Shown here: piece after piece, positions 47,240-55,862 of the stretch | Numbering within the stretch: the stretch's first letter is position 1 | Layout of the letters: each line of letters starts with the position of its first letter | Translations under genes and position numbers: made by a program | Notes under the pieces: model-generated | What the model saw: the letters and a program-made list of their open reading frames with translations, nothing else | What the model was told of the DNA's origin: nothing | Database searches by the model: none | Origin: Candidatus Polarisedimenticolaceae bacterium | Lineage (GTDB): Bacteria > Acidobacteriota > Polarisedimenticolia > Polarisedimenticolales > DASRJG01 | Assembly (NCBI GenBank): GCA_036376135.1 | Contig: DASVAW010000119.1 | Span: 1,767-65,766 of the forward strand | DNA: 64,000 nt | Direction: 5' to 3'

Positions 47240-48501
47240 CGCGCGCGCGCGCGGCGTGGATCGGGTTCGGCGTCGTCGCGCTGCTGACGGTCGTCTTCTT
47301 CCTCTGCTTCGAGTTCGTCGAGGAGAACGTCGATCGCCCGTACGGCCCCCAGGCGCGTCGCAACCCGCTCCTCGCGGCGGAGCGCCTCGCCGTGCGCCTG
47401 GGCGTCCCCGCGCGATCGGTCGTGCGCCTCGAGGAGGTCCCCCCCGTCGGAGAGGTCGTCGTCTTCGCGGACGACCGGCGGCTGCGCACCCGCTCCGAAG
47501 CGCGACGGGTCGTGGAGTGGATCGGGCTCGGCGGCCGCGCGATCGTCGTCGCGCCGTTCGCGGCGGTGGACGGGGAGGCGGTCGACCCGCTCCTGAACGC
47601 GCTCGGGTTCGAGGTCGTCGAGCCCGACGATACACGGTTCGGCTACCTGCGCCTGGTGCTTCCCGGCGACGCGACTCCGTTGTTCCTGCGTTACTTCGGC
47701 CGCGTGCGCCTCCTCCCCGTCGACGAGGCGGAGCTCTTCGAGGCGGAGGTCCTTCAGCCCCGGCGGGCGGAAGGGGCGTCGGACGCGCAGGCGGCGAAAG
47801 TCGAGGAGCTGCTCGATCGCCTTCGCCGGGAGCGGGAGGGCGAGGACGACGACGACCCCGCCGAGTACCCGGCGGGCCCTTCCCCCGCGGCGGACGACGA
47901 CGTCGGCGAGTTCGCCACGATCGCGCGCGTCACCGTCGGGAAGGGCTCGGCCGTCGTCCTCAGCGACGCCGACTTCCTCGCGAACGCCGAGATCGGAGCC
48001 CTCGATCACGCCCGTGCCGCGTGGCGCCTCCTCACCCTGGACGGCCCTCCGAGCGGGATCGTGTTCGTGCACGGCGCCTCCGAGCCCCGGTTCTTCTCCA
48101 GGGTCGCGGGGGCGGTGTGGCCGGGCCTGCTCGCCTCGGCGATCCTCCTCGGCGCCCTCGCGTGGCGCGAGGGGCGGCGCTTCGGCCCCGCCGAGCCGGA
48201 AGCCCCGCTCGTCCGCCGCCGCCTGATGGAGCACGTCGAGGCGACGGGGAGGTTCCACTGGCGTCGCGGCGACGCCGAGCTCCTCCTCGGCGGCGCGCGC
48301 CGTGCGATCGCGGCGAGGCTCCAGCGTCGCCGCCCGCACCTCGCCGACCAGCCGCTCGAGCGGCGCGTCGCCGCGCTCGCGGAGCTGTCGGGGCACTCCC
48401 CGGCCGAAGTCGAACACGCCCTCACGCCGGGGTCCCCCGGCGGTTCCGACGCCTTCACCCGCGTCGTCCGCACCCTCGAAGCGATCCGGAGGCATCTGTG
48501 A
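47236..48501 (+). CDS. DUF4350-like protein
   Basis: GTGA overlap at the start. N-terminal TM helix. Position between DUF4129 and MoxR matches the conserved neighbourhood I recall. Family assignment is from memory only. Confidence 0.55.
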   Translation: MTRARAAWIGFGVVALLTVVFFLCFEFVEENVDRPYGPQARRNPLLAAERLAVRLGVPARSVVRLEEVPPVGEVVVFADDRRLRTRSEARRVVEWIGLGGRAIVVAPFAAVDGEAVDPLLNALGFEVVEPDDTRFGYLRLVLPGDATPLFLRYFGRVRLLPVDEAELFEAEVLQPRRAEGASDAQAAKVEELLDRLRREREGEDDDDPAEYPAGPSPAADDDVGEFATIARVTVGKGSAVVLSDADFLANAEIGALDHARAAWRLLTLDGPPSGIVFVHGASEPRFFSRVAGAVWPGLLASAILLGALAWREGRRFGPAEPEAPLVRRRLMEHVEATGRFHWRRGDAELLLGGARRAIAARLQRRRPHLADQPLERRVAALAELSGHSPAEVEHALTPGSPGGSDAFTRVVRTLEAIRRHL

Positions 48502-49472
48502 CCGAGCCGAACGACTCCATCACCCACGCCGTGGAGGTCGCCCGCCGCCTTCGCGAGTCCGTCTCCCGCGCCGTCGTCGGCCAGGCGACGCTCCTCGACG
48601 AGGTGCTCGCGGGGTTCCTCGCCTCGGGGCACGTCCTGCTCGAAGGGGTCCCCGGTCTCGGCAAGACCCTGACGGTGCTCGCCCTGGCGAAGGCGTTCGG
48701 CGGGAAGTTCTCGCGCATCCAGTTCACCCCCGACCTGATGCCCGCGGACGTCGTCGGCCACGCGATCTACGAGCCCCAGACCGGGCAGTTCCGCACGCGC
48801 CAGGGCCCGGCGTTCACGAACCTCCTCCTCGCCGACGAGATCAACCGCGCCCCCGCGAAGACGCAGTCGGCGCTCCTCGAGGTGATGCAGGAGCGGCAGA
48901 TCACGATCGAGGGGCAGTCGTTCCCCCTCGCCCCGCCCTTCATGACGCTCGCGACGCAGAACCCGATCGAGCTCGAGGGGACCTACCCGCTCCCCGAGGC
49001 GCAGCTCGACCGGTTCCTGCTCAAGGTCCGCATCCAGCACCCGGGCGAGGCCGAGGAGATCGCCATCGTCGAGGCGGCGACGCGCGGCCACGTGGGAGAC
49101 CGCCTCGACGTCTCCACGGTCGAGACCGTCGCCGACGCCGCCCAGGTCGTCGAGGCGCAGCGTGTCGCCGCGCGACTGCTCGTGGACGCGCGCGTCCTCG
49201 GGTACGCGACCCGCCTCGCCCGCGCCACGCGCACCTGGCCGGGGGTCGCGATGGGCGCCGGCCCGCGGGGCTCGATCTCCCTCGTGCGCGCCGCCCGCGC
49301 CGTGGCCCTCCTCGATGGGCGCGACTTCGTCACCCCCGACGACGTGAAGGCGATCGCGCTCCCGGCGCTTCGCCACCGGATCACCCTCGCTCCCGACCTC
49401 GAGATCGAGGGGCGCCACCCCGACGACGTCCTGCGCGCCGTCCTCGAGTCGGTCGAGGCCCCGCGCGCGTGA
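48498..49472 (+). CDS. MoxR-family AAA+ ATPase
   Basis: 'EGVPGLGKT' Walker A, 'LLADEINRAPAKTQSALLEVMQE' Walker B/sensor, 'GAGPRGS' motif. GTGA overlaps at both ends. Confidence 0.9.
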   Translation: MTEPNDSITHAVEVARRLRESVSRAVVGQATLLDEVLAGFLASGHVLLEGVPGLGKTLTVLALAKAFGGKFSRIQFTPDLMPADVVGHAIYEPQTGQFRTRQGPAFTNLLLADEINRAPAKTQSALLEVMQERQITIEGQSFPLAPPFMTLATQNPIELEGTYPLPEAQLDRFLLKVRIQHPGEAEEIAIVEAATRGHVGDRLDVSTVETVADAAQVVEAQRVAARLLVDARVLGYATRLARATRTWPGVAMGAGPRGSISLVRAARAVALLDGRDFVTPDDVKAIALPALRHRITLAPDLEIEGRHPDDVLRAVLESVEAPRA

Positions 49473-50773
49473 CCCCGTCGCGCCGCCTCGCGTGGGTCCT
49501 CGCGGCGTGGGCCGCGGCCGGGTTCCTCCTTCCGGTCGGTCCCTTCGTGCTCCCGGTGTGGGCGTACGCGGGCCTCGCGATCTTCGGCCTTCTGGGGATC
49601 GATGCGATCCTCGGCTCCCGACGGCGGACGCCGACGCTCACGCGGAAGGTGCAGGACGCGTTGCCGCTCGGCGATCCGTCGGAGGTCGTGCTCCACCTCG
49701 CGCACGAGGGGAGTCGCCCGCTCGCCGTCGAGGTGTTCGATCACCCGCCCGAAGCGTTGAGCACGGACGGGCTTCCCCTGCACGTGACGGTCCGTCCCGA
49801 AACGCCGGCCGAAGTCCGCTACCGCGTCACCCCGACCGCGCGCGGCTCGATGCGCTTCGACCGGGCATGGGTTCGATTCCCGTCGCCTCTGGGGCTGTGG
49901 GAGTGCCGCCGTCGCGCGGGCGCGGAGCACACGATCCGGGTCTTCCCGAACTTCCGGAAGGCGGCGCGCTGGTCGCTCTACGCGGTCGACAACCACGCGA
50001 GCCGGCTGGGAGTGCGCCTGCGCCCGCGTCGCGGCGAGGGAACCGAGCTGCGTGAGCTCCGGGAATACCGCGAAGGCGACGCGATCCGGCAGATCGACTG
50101 GAAGGCGACCTCACGGCTGCGCCGGCCCATCTCGCGGGAGTACCAGGCGGAGCGCGACCAGCAGGTGGTGTTCCTCCTCGACTGCGGCCGGACGATGCGT
50201 GCCGTCGACGACGGCGCGGCGCACTTCGATCATGCGCTCAACGCGGTCCTCCTGCTCGGTTACGTCGCCCTGAGGCAGGGGGACGCCGTGGGCCTTCTCG
50301 CGTTCGGCTCGACCCCGCGCTGGCTCGAGCCGGTGCGCGGCCCCGGCGGGATGAAGACGCTCCTGGAGGCGGTCTACGACCTCGAGACGGCGCCGCAGGC
50401 GTCGGACTACGCCGTGGCGGTCGCCGACCTGCTCGCACGGCAGCGCCGGCGCGCGCTCGTCGTCGTGATCTCCAACCTCGGCGACGGGGAGGGGTTCGAG
50501 GTCGCGGCGCCCCTGCAGACCCTGCGACGCAAGCACCTCGTCGTGCTGGGCTCGCTGCGCGAGGCGGCGCTCGATCGCGCGCTCGCGGCGCCGGTGGCGG
50601 GGTTCGACGCGGCGCTGCGGATCGCCTCGACCCACCGTTTCCTCGAGGCCCGCGAGCGCGCGCACCGCGGCTTCCAGTCGCGCGGCATCCACGTGCTCGA
50701 TTGCCCGCCGTCGGAGCTGCCGCCGGCGCTGGTCAATCGCTACCTCGACATCAAGCGGGCTGGGACGCTGTAA
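49469..50773 (+). CDS. DUF58 (vWA-like) protein
   Basis: Two N-terminal TM helices. 'LREYREGDAIRQIDWKATSR' DUF58 signature. 'VVFLLDCGRTM' vWA-like start. Confidence 0.85.
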   Translation: MTPSRRLAWVLAAWAAAGFLLPVGPFVLPVWAYAGLAIFGLLGIDAILGSRRRTPTLTRKVQDALPLGDPSEVVLHLAHEGSRPLAVEVFDHPPEALSTDGLPLHVTVRPETPAEVRYRVTPTARGSMRFDRAWVRFPSPLGLWECRRRAGAEHTIRVFPNFRKAARWSLYAVDNHASRLGVRLRPRRGEGTELRELREYREGDAIRQIDWKATSRLRRPISREYQAERDQQVVFLLDCGRTMRAVDDGAAHFDHALNAVLLLGYVALRQGDAVGLLAFGSTPRWLEPVRGPGGMKTLLEAVYDLETAPQASDYAVAVADLLARQRRRALVVVISNLGDGEGFEVAAPLQTLRRKHLVVLGSLREAALDRALAAPVAGFDAALRIASTHRFLEARERAHRGFQSRGIHVLDCPPSELPPALVNRYLDIKRAGTL

Positions 50774-50793
50774 ATAGGGACAGGAACCTATTT
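50772..50793. repeat. TAGGGACAG-family half-site D (AAATAGGGACAGGAACCTATTT, itself a 7-bp-stem mini-palindrome)
   Basis: Contains the TAA of the DUF58 gene (+) and the TAG of the orphan ORF (-). 20/21 identity with 22117-22137. Confidence 0.7.
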
Positions 50794-52218
50794 CCGACCT
50801 CCGGTCGGCCATCGGCAGACCTCGCGGTCATAGGAGACGACGTCCGAAGCCAAGTCTCCTTCGCCGAGACAGATCTCCTTCGTGGCGGAACCCCAACGCT
50901 CGCGGCTGGTCGGGAGCAGCGGGGTGTAGTCCCGTTCCAGCTCGCCATCGCATCCCGGGCTCACCAGAACGACGCCGAGACCATCTGAGAAATAGAGAAC
51001 GGAGCGCCCCCACCCATCGAGGATGGGACCGACAGCGTCCTTCGATGCAGGATCGACGGCCGTGGCGATCCGCTCGAACGGAACCAATCGTCCCCCGCTG
51101 TCGGGATAACGATCGCCTCGGCGCAGTTTCTCGGAGGCCGTGACAACCGCCCGGCGGATCGCCGCGTACGTTCGTTCGACATCCGCATCATCGAACGAGG
51201 CGCAGCCGTCCACCGCTGCGCCGGCGCAGAGCGCAGGGTTCGTTTCGACCTCCGCGAGGCGACGGTCAACGCATTCCGAAGGACTGCCACTCTGCGCGAA
51301 GCCGTACACGTCGATGTCGACGTCGCAACCGAGGGTGGAGCAGATCCGATCGCAGTAGTCGCGCGGAAGCTCGACCGACCGCTCTTCGCCCGCGACCCAC
51401 TCGTCGGCTCCAGGCCACGGAAGCGACAGGAACACCTCCCCGGAGCGGTCGCCGGCGCGACGAAGGTCGATCGCCTCGGTTTCATCGGAACGTCGCAGAC
51501 TCGTTCCCGACCCGTTGACCAGGACCAGCCGTCTCGTCGCGTCGATTCGCGCGCGAATGCCCTCCTCGGTATTGCACGATTCCACGACGACGGGTTCGCG
51601 ACCGGGATCGGCCACTAGGAAGCGACGGAGCGACTCCGACTCGCCGACGGTGATGCGGAAGGCTGCGCCGTTGCGCTCGTTGCCTTGCTTGTCGACCAGA
51701 GTGGGGCGCACGGAATAGGTGCCGGGCGCTACCTTCGAGGCGTCCCACGCCCCTTCTTTCCCTGAGTCGAAGACGACCGCGATCCCCTCGGTGCCCTCGG
51801 AGCCGGTCAGCGCCAGCGATCGGATGCGCAGCGGGCAGGGAACTTGCGGACAACCGTCCGACGCCGTCCACGTGCGACCTGGCGACGCGTGGACGACCGT
51901 GGCGAAGCATCCGATCAGCAGGCCTGTGAGAGCAGCCCCCAACGTGTTCTGAACGTTCCCGTTGCGGGCAGCGCGCCGACCGAGACGATGCAGCACCGCC
52001 GCCACGACCATCGCCACGCCGGTCGCGAGCAGAACCCAGCCGGTGAAGCGCGGCCCCCGGATCGCCAGCGTGAGCGCGGCGGCAACGATCATCGTGACGC
52101 CCAACGCATCGGCGAGCCGCTTTCCCCGATCTCCCCGGCGTCGAATCCAGATGAGGACGTACCCGACACCGATACCGACCGCCGCGGGGTAGAGGGTCTC
52201 TACGAGATCCATGGGCAC
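50788..52218 (-). CDS. orphan membrane protein with Cys-rich extracytoplasmic region (lower GC)
   Basis: N-terminal 3-4 TM helices, then a balanced Cys-containing sequence. No family recognised. ATG at 52212 is an alternative start. Bracketed by inverted half-sites D and E. Confidence 0.55.
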   Translation of the reverse strand: MPMDLVETLYPAAVGIGVGYVLIWIRRRGDRGKRLADALGVTMIVAAALTLAIRGPRFTGWVLLATGVAMVVAAVLHRLGRRAARNGNVQNTLGAALTGLLIGCFATVVHASPGRTWTASDGCPQVPCPLRIRSLALTGSEGTEGIAVVFDSGKEGAWDASKVAPGTYSVRPTLVDKQGNERNGAAFRITVGESESLRRFLVADPGREPVVVESCNTEEGIRARIDATRRLVLVNGSGTSLRRSDETEAIDLRRAGDRSGEVFLSLPWPGADEWVAGEERSVELPRDYCDRICSTLGCDVDIDVYGFAQSGSPSECVDRRLAEVETNPALCAGAAVDGCASFDDADVERTYAAIRRAVVTASEKLRRGDRYPDSGGRLVPFERIATAVDPASKDAVGPILDGWGRSVLYFSDGLGVVLVSPGCDGELERDYTPLLPTSRERWGSATKEICLGEGDLASDVVSYDREVCRWPTGGRK

Positions 52219-52263
52219 CGCCCTCCCGTCCGATTGCCCGGGAGTGTAGCGCCGAGTCGTTAA

Positions 52264-52284
52264 TTGGTGCCTGTCCCTATTTTT
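52264..52284. repeat. TAGGGACAG-family half-site E (reverse complement AAAAATAGGGACAGGCACCAA)
   Basis: Carries the Lys + TAG end of the 52277..52702 gene. Inverted relative to D (16/17 over AAATAGGGACAGGnACC) and a 16-nt exact inverted match to half-site C. Confidence 0.7.
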
Positions 52285-52702
52285 CGATGCGGACGCCGCG
52301 GCGCTGCATCGCCTCGGACAAGACGGCGGCGATCTTCCTGGGGTTGCCGAGCAGGCGCGGCACCTCGATCACGACCCCCTCGGAGATGGAAAGCGTCAAC
52401 CCCGGCCGCAGGGCGATCGCGATCTGCGTGAGATCGTCGAGGCGCACGGCGATCACCCGGCCGAGGAGGTCGCACGACGCCACGTGCGTCTCCGTCAACA
52501 CGAGCCGCCGCCGCCACGCCTCGAAGAGCGCCCAGATGCAAAGGAGCGGCGCGCCGTAGCCGTAGATCTTGAGGACCCCCGGCCACGTCGCCGCGAACGC
52601 CCCCCAGATCGTGATCGCCCCGAGCACGGACAGCCCGATGCGAAGCCACCACGGGTAACGCCAGATCCTCACGGGAGTGCCGAGATCTTCCGGGATTCGC
52701 AT
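52277..52702 (-). CDS. small membrane protein, possibly bacterial PH (YdbS/DUF304-like)
   Basis: 141 aa, two TM helices then a ~70-aa beta-rich domain. Start shares one base with the upstream permease stop. Confidence 0.5.
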   Translation of the reverse strand: MRIPEDLGTPVRIWRYPWWLRIGLSVLGAITIWGAFAATWPGVLKIYGYGAPLLCIWALFEAWRRRLVLTETHVASCDLLGRVIAVRLDDLTQIAIALRPGLTLSISEGVVIEVPRLLGNPRKIAAVLSEAMQRRGVRIEK

Positions 52703-53802
52703 CAGTCGAGACTCTTCTTGAACCGCAGCGCGGCGAGCGACACGACGAGGACGCCGAAGCCGGCGAGGGCCAACGCTTCCGGCCACAACACGTCGAACCC
52801 CGACCCCTTGAGGAAGACCCCGCGGATCACGTTGTTGAAGTAACGCAGCGGGATCCCGTACGTCGCCAGCTGCATGGGCCTCGGCATGTTCTCGATCGGG
52901 AAGATCAGCCCCGACAGGTAGATCATCGGGACCATCAGCAGGAAGGTCGCCGTCATCATCGCCTGCTGCTGCGTGCGGACGAGGGTCGAGACGAACACCC
53001 CGAGGCCCAGCGTCGTCGGCAGGAACAGGACCGTGAACAGCAGCAGCGTCCCCAGCGACCCGCGCATCGGCACGCCGAACAGCACACGCGCCAGGGTCGT
53101 GACGAGCACCGTGACCACGAGTCCGATCACGAAGAACGGGACGAGCTTCCCGACGATGAGCTGCCACGGGCGCACGGGGGTCACGATCAGCTGCTCGAGC
53201 GTGCCGATCTCCTTCTCGCGAACGACGGCCATCGACGGGAGGATCAGGGTCACGAGCATCAGCACCATCGCGAGGATCGCGGGGACGTAGAACCACCGGC
53301 TCAGCAGGTCGGGGTTGTACCAGACCCGCGGGACGAGCGTGATCCCTTTCAACGTCCTCGCCTGCGCGGCGACGCCCGCTTCCCCGACGATCCGGCCGGC
53401 GTATCCCATCCCGATCACCCCGGAGATCGAGTCGGTGCCGTCGGCGAGGACCTGGACGTCCGCCGTGCGCCCCGTCGCGAGGTCGGAGCCGAAGTTCGCG
53501 CCGATCACCAGGCCGATCTGCGCGCGCCCTTCCGACAGCCACCGGTCCACCCCGCCGATCTCGGGCTCGACGCCGACGAGCTCGAAGTACCCCGACCCGG
53601 TGAAGCGGTCGACGAGCTCGCGGCTCGCGGAGCTCTGGTCGCGGTCGACCAGCACGAACGGGATGTCGCGGACGTCGAGGTTCGCGGCGAAGCCGAGGGC
53701 GAGCAGCTGCACGAGCGGGCCGACGATCATCGCCGGGATCATCTTCTTGTCGCGGCGGAGCTGCTGGAACTCCTTCACGATGACGCGCCAGAGGACCTGC
53801 AT
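52702..53802 (-). CDS. ABC-2 type transporter permease (YbhR/YbhS-like)
   Basis: N-terminal TM, large periplasmic loop, C-terminal 5-TM bundle. 'VVREKEIGTLEQLIVTP' ABC-2 signature. Confidence 0.85.
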   Translation of the reverse strand: MQVLWRVIVKEFQQLRRDKKMIPAMIVGPLVQLLALGFAANLDVRDIPFVLVDRDQSSASRELVDRFTGSGYFELVGVEPEIGGVDRWLSEGRAQIGLVIGANFGSDLATGRTADVQVLADGTDSISGVIGMGYAGRIVGEAGVAAQARTLKGITLVPRVWYNPDLLSRWFYVPAILAMVLMLVTLILPSMAVVREKEIGTLEQLIVTPVRPWQLIVGKLVPFFVIGLVVTVLVTTLARVLFGVPMRGSLGTLLLFTVLFLPTTLGLGVFVSTLVRTQQQAMMTATFLLMVPMIYLSGLIFPIENMPRPMQLATYGIPLRYFNNVIRGVFLKGSGFDVLWPEALALAGFGVLVVSLAALRFKKSLD

Positions 53803-53804
53803 CT

Positions 53805-54929
53805 TCAGTTCCCCCGCTTGACGAGGCGCACCCACGCGAGGGTCAGGATGATCGTCGCGTAGGCGGCGAGGAAGAGGACGTCCTCGAGGTAGGGTCCGAG
53901 CCCCTCCCCCTTGAGGATGATCCCGCGCAGCGCGATCAGGTAATAACGAGCGGGGACGGCGTAGGTCACCCACTGCAGCGGCTCGGGCATCGAGCGGATC
54001 GGGAAGATGAACCCCGAGAGGAAAATCGCGGGAAGCATCGAGGAGATCGTGCCGACCTGGAACGCCATCGCCTGCGTGTCGGCGAGGCTCGACACGAAAA
54101 GACCCCAGCCGAGCGCGCCCAGCAGGTAGAGGAGGGTTACGGCGAACAGGTGCAGGTACGGTCCCTTGATCTCCACCCCGAAGAGAAGGCGCGCGGTCAC
54201 GAGGATCACGATCGTCGCGAGCAGGGAGATCCCGAGGAACGGCAGGACCTTCCCGAGGATCAGCTGGCCGGGGCGCAGCGCCGTCACCCGCAGCTGCTCC
54301 ATCGTGCCTCGCTCCTTCTCGCGAACGACGGAGAGGGCCATCGAGACGACGGCGGTGAGCATCAGGATGAAGCCGATGAGGCCGGGCACGAGGAACTGCG
54401 TCGACTCGAGGTCGGGGTTGTACCAGACGCGCGGCCGATACTCGATCGGGACCTGCGTCCCGGGGGCGCCCTCGCCGTACCGCTCGACCCGGATCGCGCG
54501 GTTGCGCGACTCGACGACCCCCTGCGCGTACCCGAGGAGGGTCGTCGCGGTCTGGGAGTCGGTCCCGTCCACGAGCATCTGCACGGGGGCGTTCCGCCCG
54601 CTCTCGAGGTCGTCGCCGAACCCCTCGGGAATCACCAGGATCGCCTTGGCGCGGCGACGCTCGGTGACCCGCTCGAGGTCGGCTCCGGCCGGGAGGTCCA
54701 CGGCGAGGTCGAAGTAGGTCGACCGGACGAAGGCGTCCACGAGCGCGCGGCTCGCCCGCGTCTTGTCGTTGTCCTGCACCGCGAGCGCGACGTGCTTGAC
54801 GTCGAAGTTCAGGGCGTATCCGTAGAGCAGGAGCATCATCGCCGGGACGCCGACGAGCATCGCGAGGCTCAGGGGGTCGCGCCGGATCTGGCGGAGCTCC
54901 TTCAGGGCGACGGCGAGGATCTTCTTCAC
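53805..54929 (-). CDS. ABC-2 type transporter permease (YbhS/YbhR-like)
   Basis: Paralog of the downstream permease ('VVREKERGTMEQLRVTA'). GTGA overlap with the ATPase stop. Confidence 0.85.
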   Translation of the reverse strand: MKKILAVALKELRQIRRDPLSLAMLVGVPAMMLLLYGYALNFDVKHVALAVQDNDKTRASRALVDAFVRSTYFDLAVDLPAGADLERVTERRRAKAILVIPEGFGDDLESGRNAPVQMLVDGTDSQTATTLLGYAQGVVESRNRAIRVERYGEGAPGTQVPIEYRPRVWYNPDLESTQFLVPGLIGFILMLTAVVSMALSVVREKERGTMEQLRVTALRPGQLILGKVLPFLGISLLATIVILVTARLLFGVEIKGPYLHLFAVTLLYLLGALGWGLFVSSLADTQAMAFQVGTISSMLPAIFLSGFIFPIRSMPEPLQWVTYAVPARYYLIALRGIILKGEGLGPYLEDVLFLAAYATIILTLAWVRLVKRGN

Positions 54930-55861
54930 CGCTTCGCCTCCTCCGCCTCGACGGAGTGGATGAACACGTCCTCGAGGGACGGGACGATCCGCTCCGCGCG
55001 CGCGGGGCCGAGCCCCGCGCCTTCGAGGGCCGTCACGAGCAGCGGGGCCGACGCGGTCGGGTCCTCCACGACGACGTGCAGCCGCGTCCCGAACATCGAC
55101 GCCTCGAGGACGCTCGGGTGCCGCTCGAGCAGGTCGAGGGCGTCGAGGGGCCTCGCGGAGGCGACCTCGAGGATCGCGCGACCGGCGAAGACCTCCTTCA
55201 GCTCCGCGACGGTCCCGAGGGCGACCCTCCGGCCGGCGTGGATCAGGGCGATCCGATGGCAGTGCTCGGCCTCGTCGAGGTAGTGCGTCGTGACGACGAC
55301 GGTCACGCCTTCGCTCGAGAGGGCGTCGATCCGCTCCCAGAAGCGACGGCGGGAGATCGGGTCGACGCCTCCGGTGGGCTCGTCGAGGAAGACCACGCGC
55401 GGCGCGTGCATCATCGAGCAGACCAGCGCGAGGCGTTGTTTCCACCCGGCGGAGAGCGCCTTCGTTGCCGCGTCGTCCTTCCCCGCCAGCTCCGCGCTCT
55501 CGATCGCCCACCCCACGCGCTCGCGCAGCGCCTTGCCGTGCAGACCGTAGATCCCCCCGTAGAACTCGAGGTTCTGGCGCACGGTCAGGTCGTCGTAGAG
55601 GCTGAACCGCTGGGTCATGTACCCGATGCGGTGCTTGACCGCCTCGGGGTCGTTCGCGACGTCCACGTCGAGAACGCGGATGGAACCGGAGGTCGGCCGC
55701 ATCAGCCCGCACAACATCCGGATCGTCGTCGACTTCCCGGCGCCGTTGCTCCCGAGCAGCCCGAAGATCTCCCCGGGGCGCACGTCGAGGTCGACGGCGT
55801 CGACGGCGGTGAACGCCCCGAAGCGCTTGGTCAGCGCGCGGGTCTCGATCGCGGCCTCCAC
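54926..55861 (-). CDS. ABC transporter ATP-binding protein
   Basis: 'GSNGAGKST' Walker A, 'LSAGWKQRL' signature, 'VVFLDEPT' Walker B. GTG start. Confidence 0.9.
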   Translation of the reverse strand: MEAAIETRALTKRFGAFTAVDAVDLDVRPGEIFGLLGSNGAGKSTTIRMLCGLMRPTSGSIRVLDVDVANDPEAVKHRIGYMTQRFSLYDDLTVRQNLEFYGGIYGLHGKALRERVGWAIESAELAGKDDAATKALSAGWKQRLALVCSMMHAPRVVFLDEPTGGVDPISRRRFWERIDALSSEGVTVVVTTHYLDEAEHCHRIALIHAGRRVALGTVAELKEVFAGRAILEVASARPLDALDLLERHPSVLEASMFGTRLHVVVEDPTASAPLLVTALEGAGLGPARAERIVPSLEDVFIHSVEAEEAKR

Positions 55862-55862
55862 C

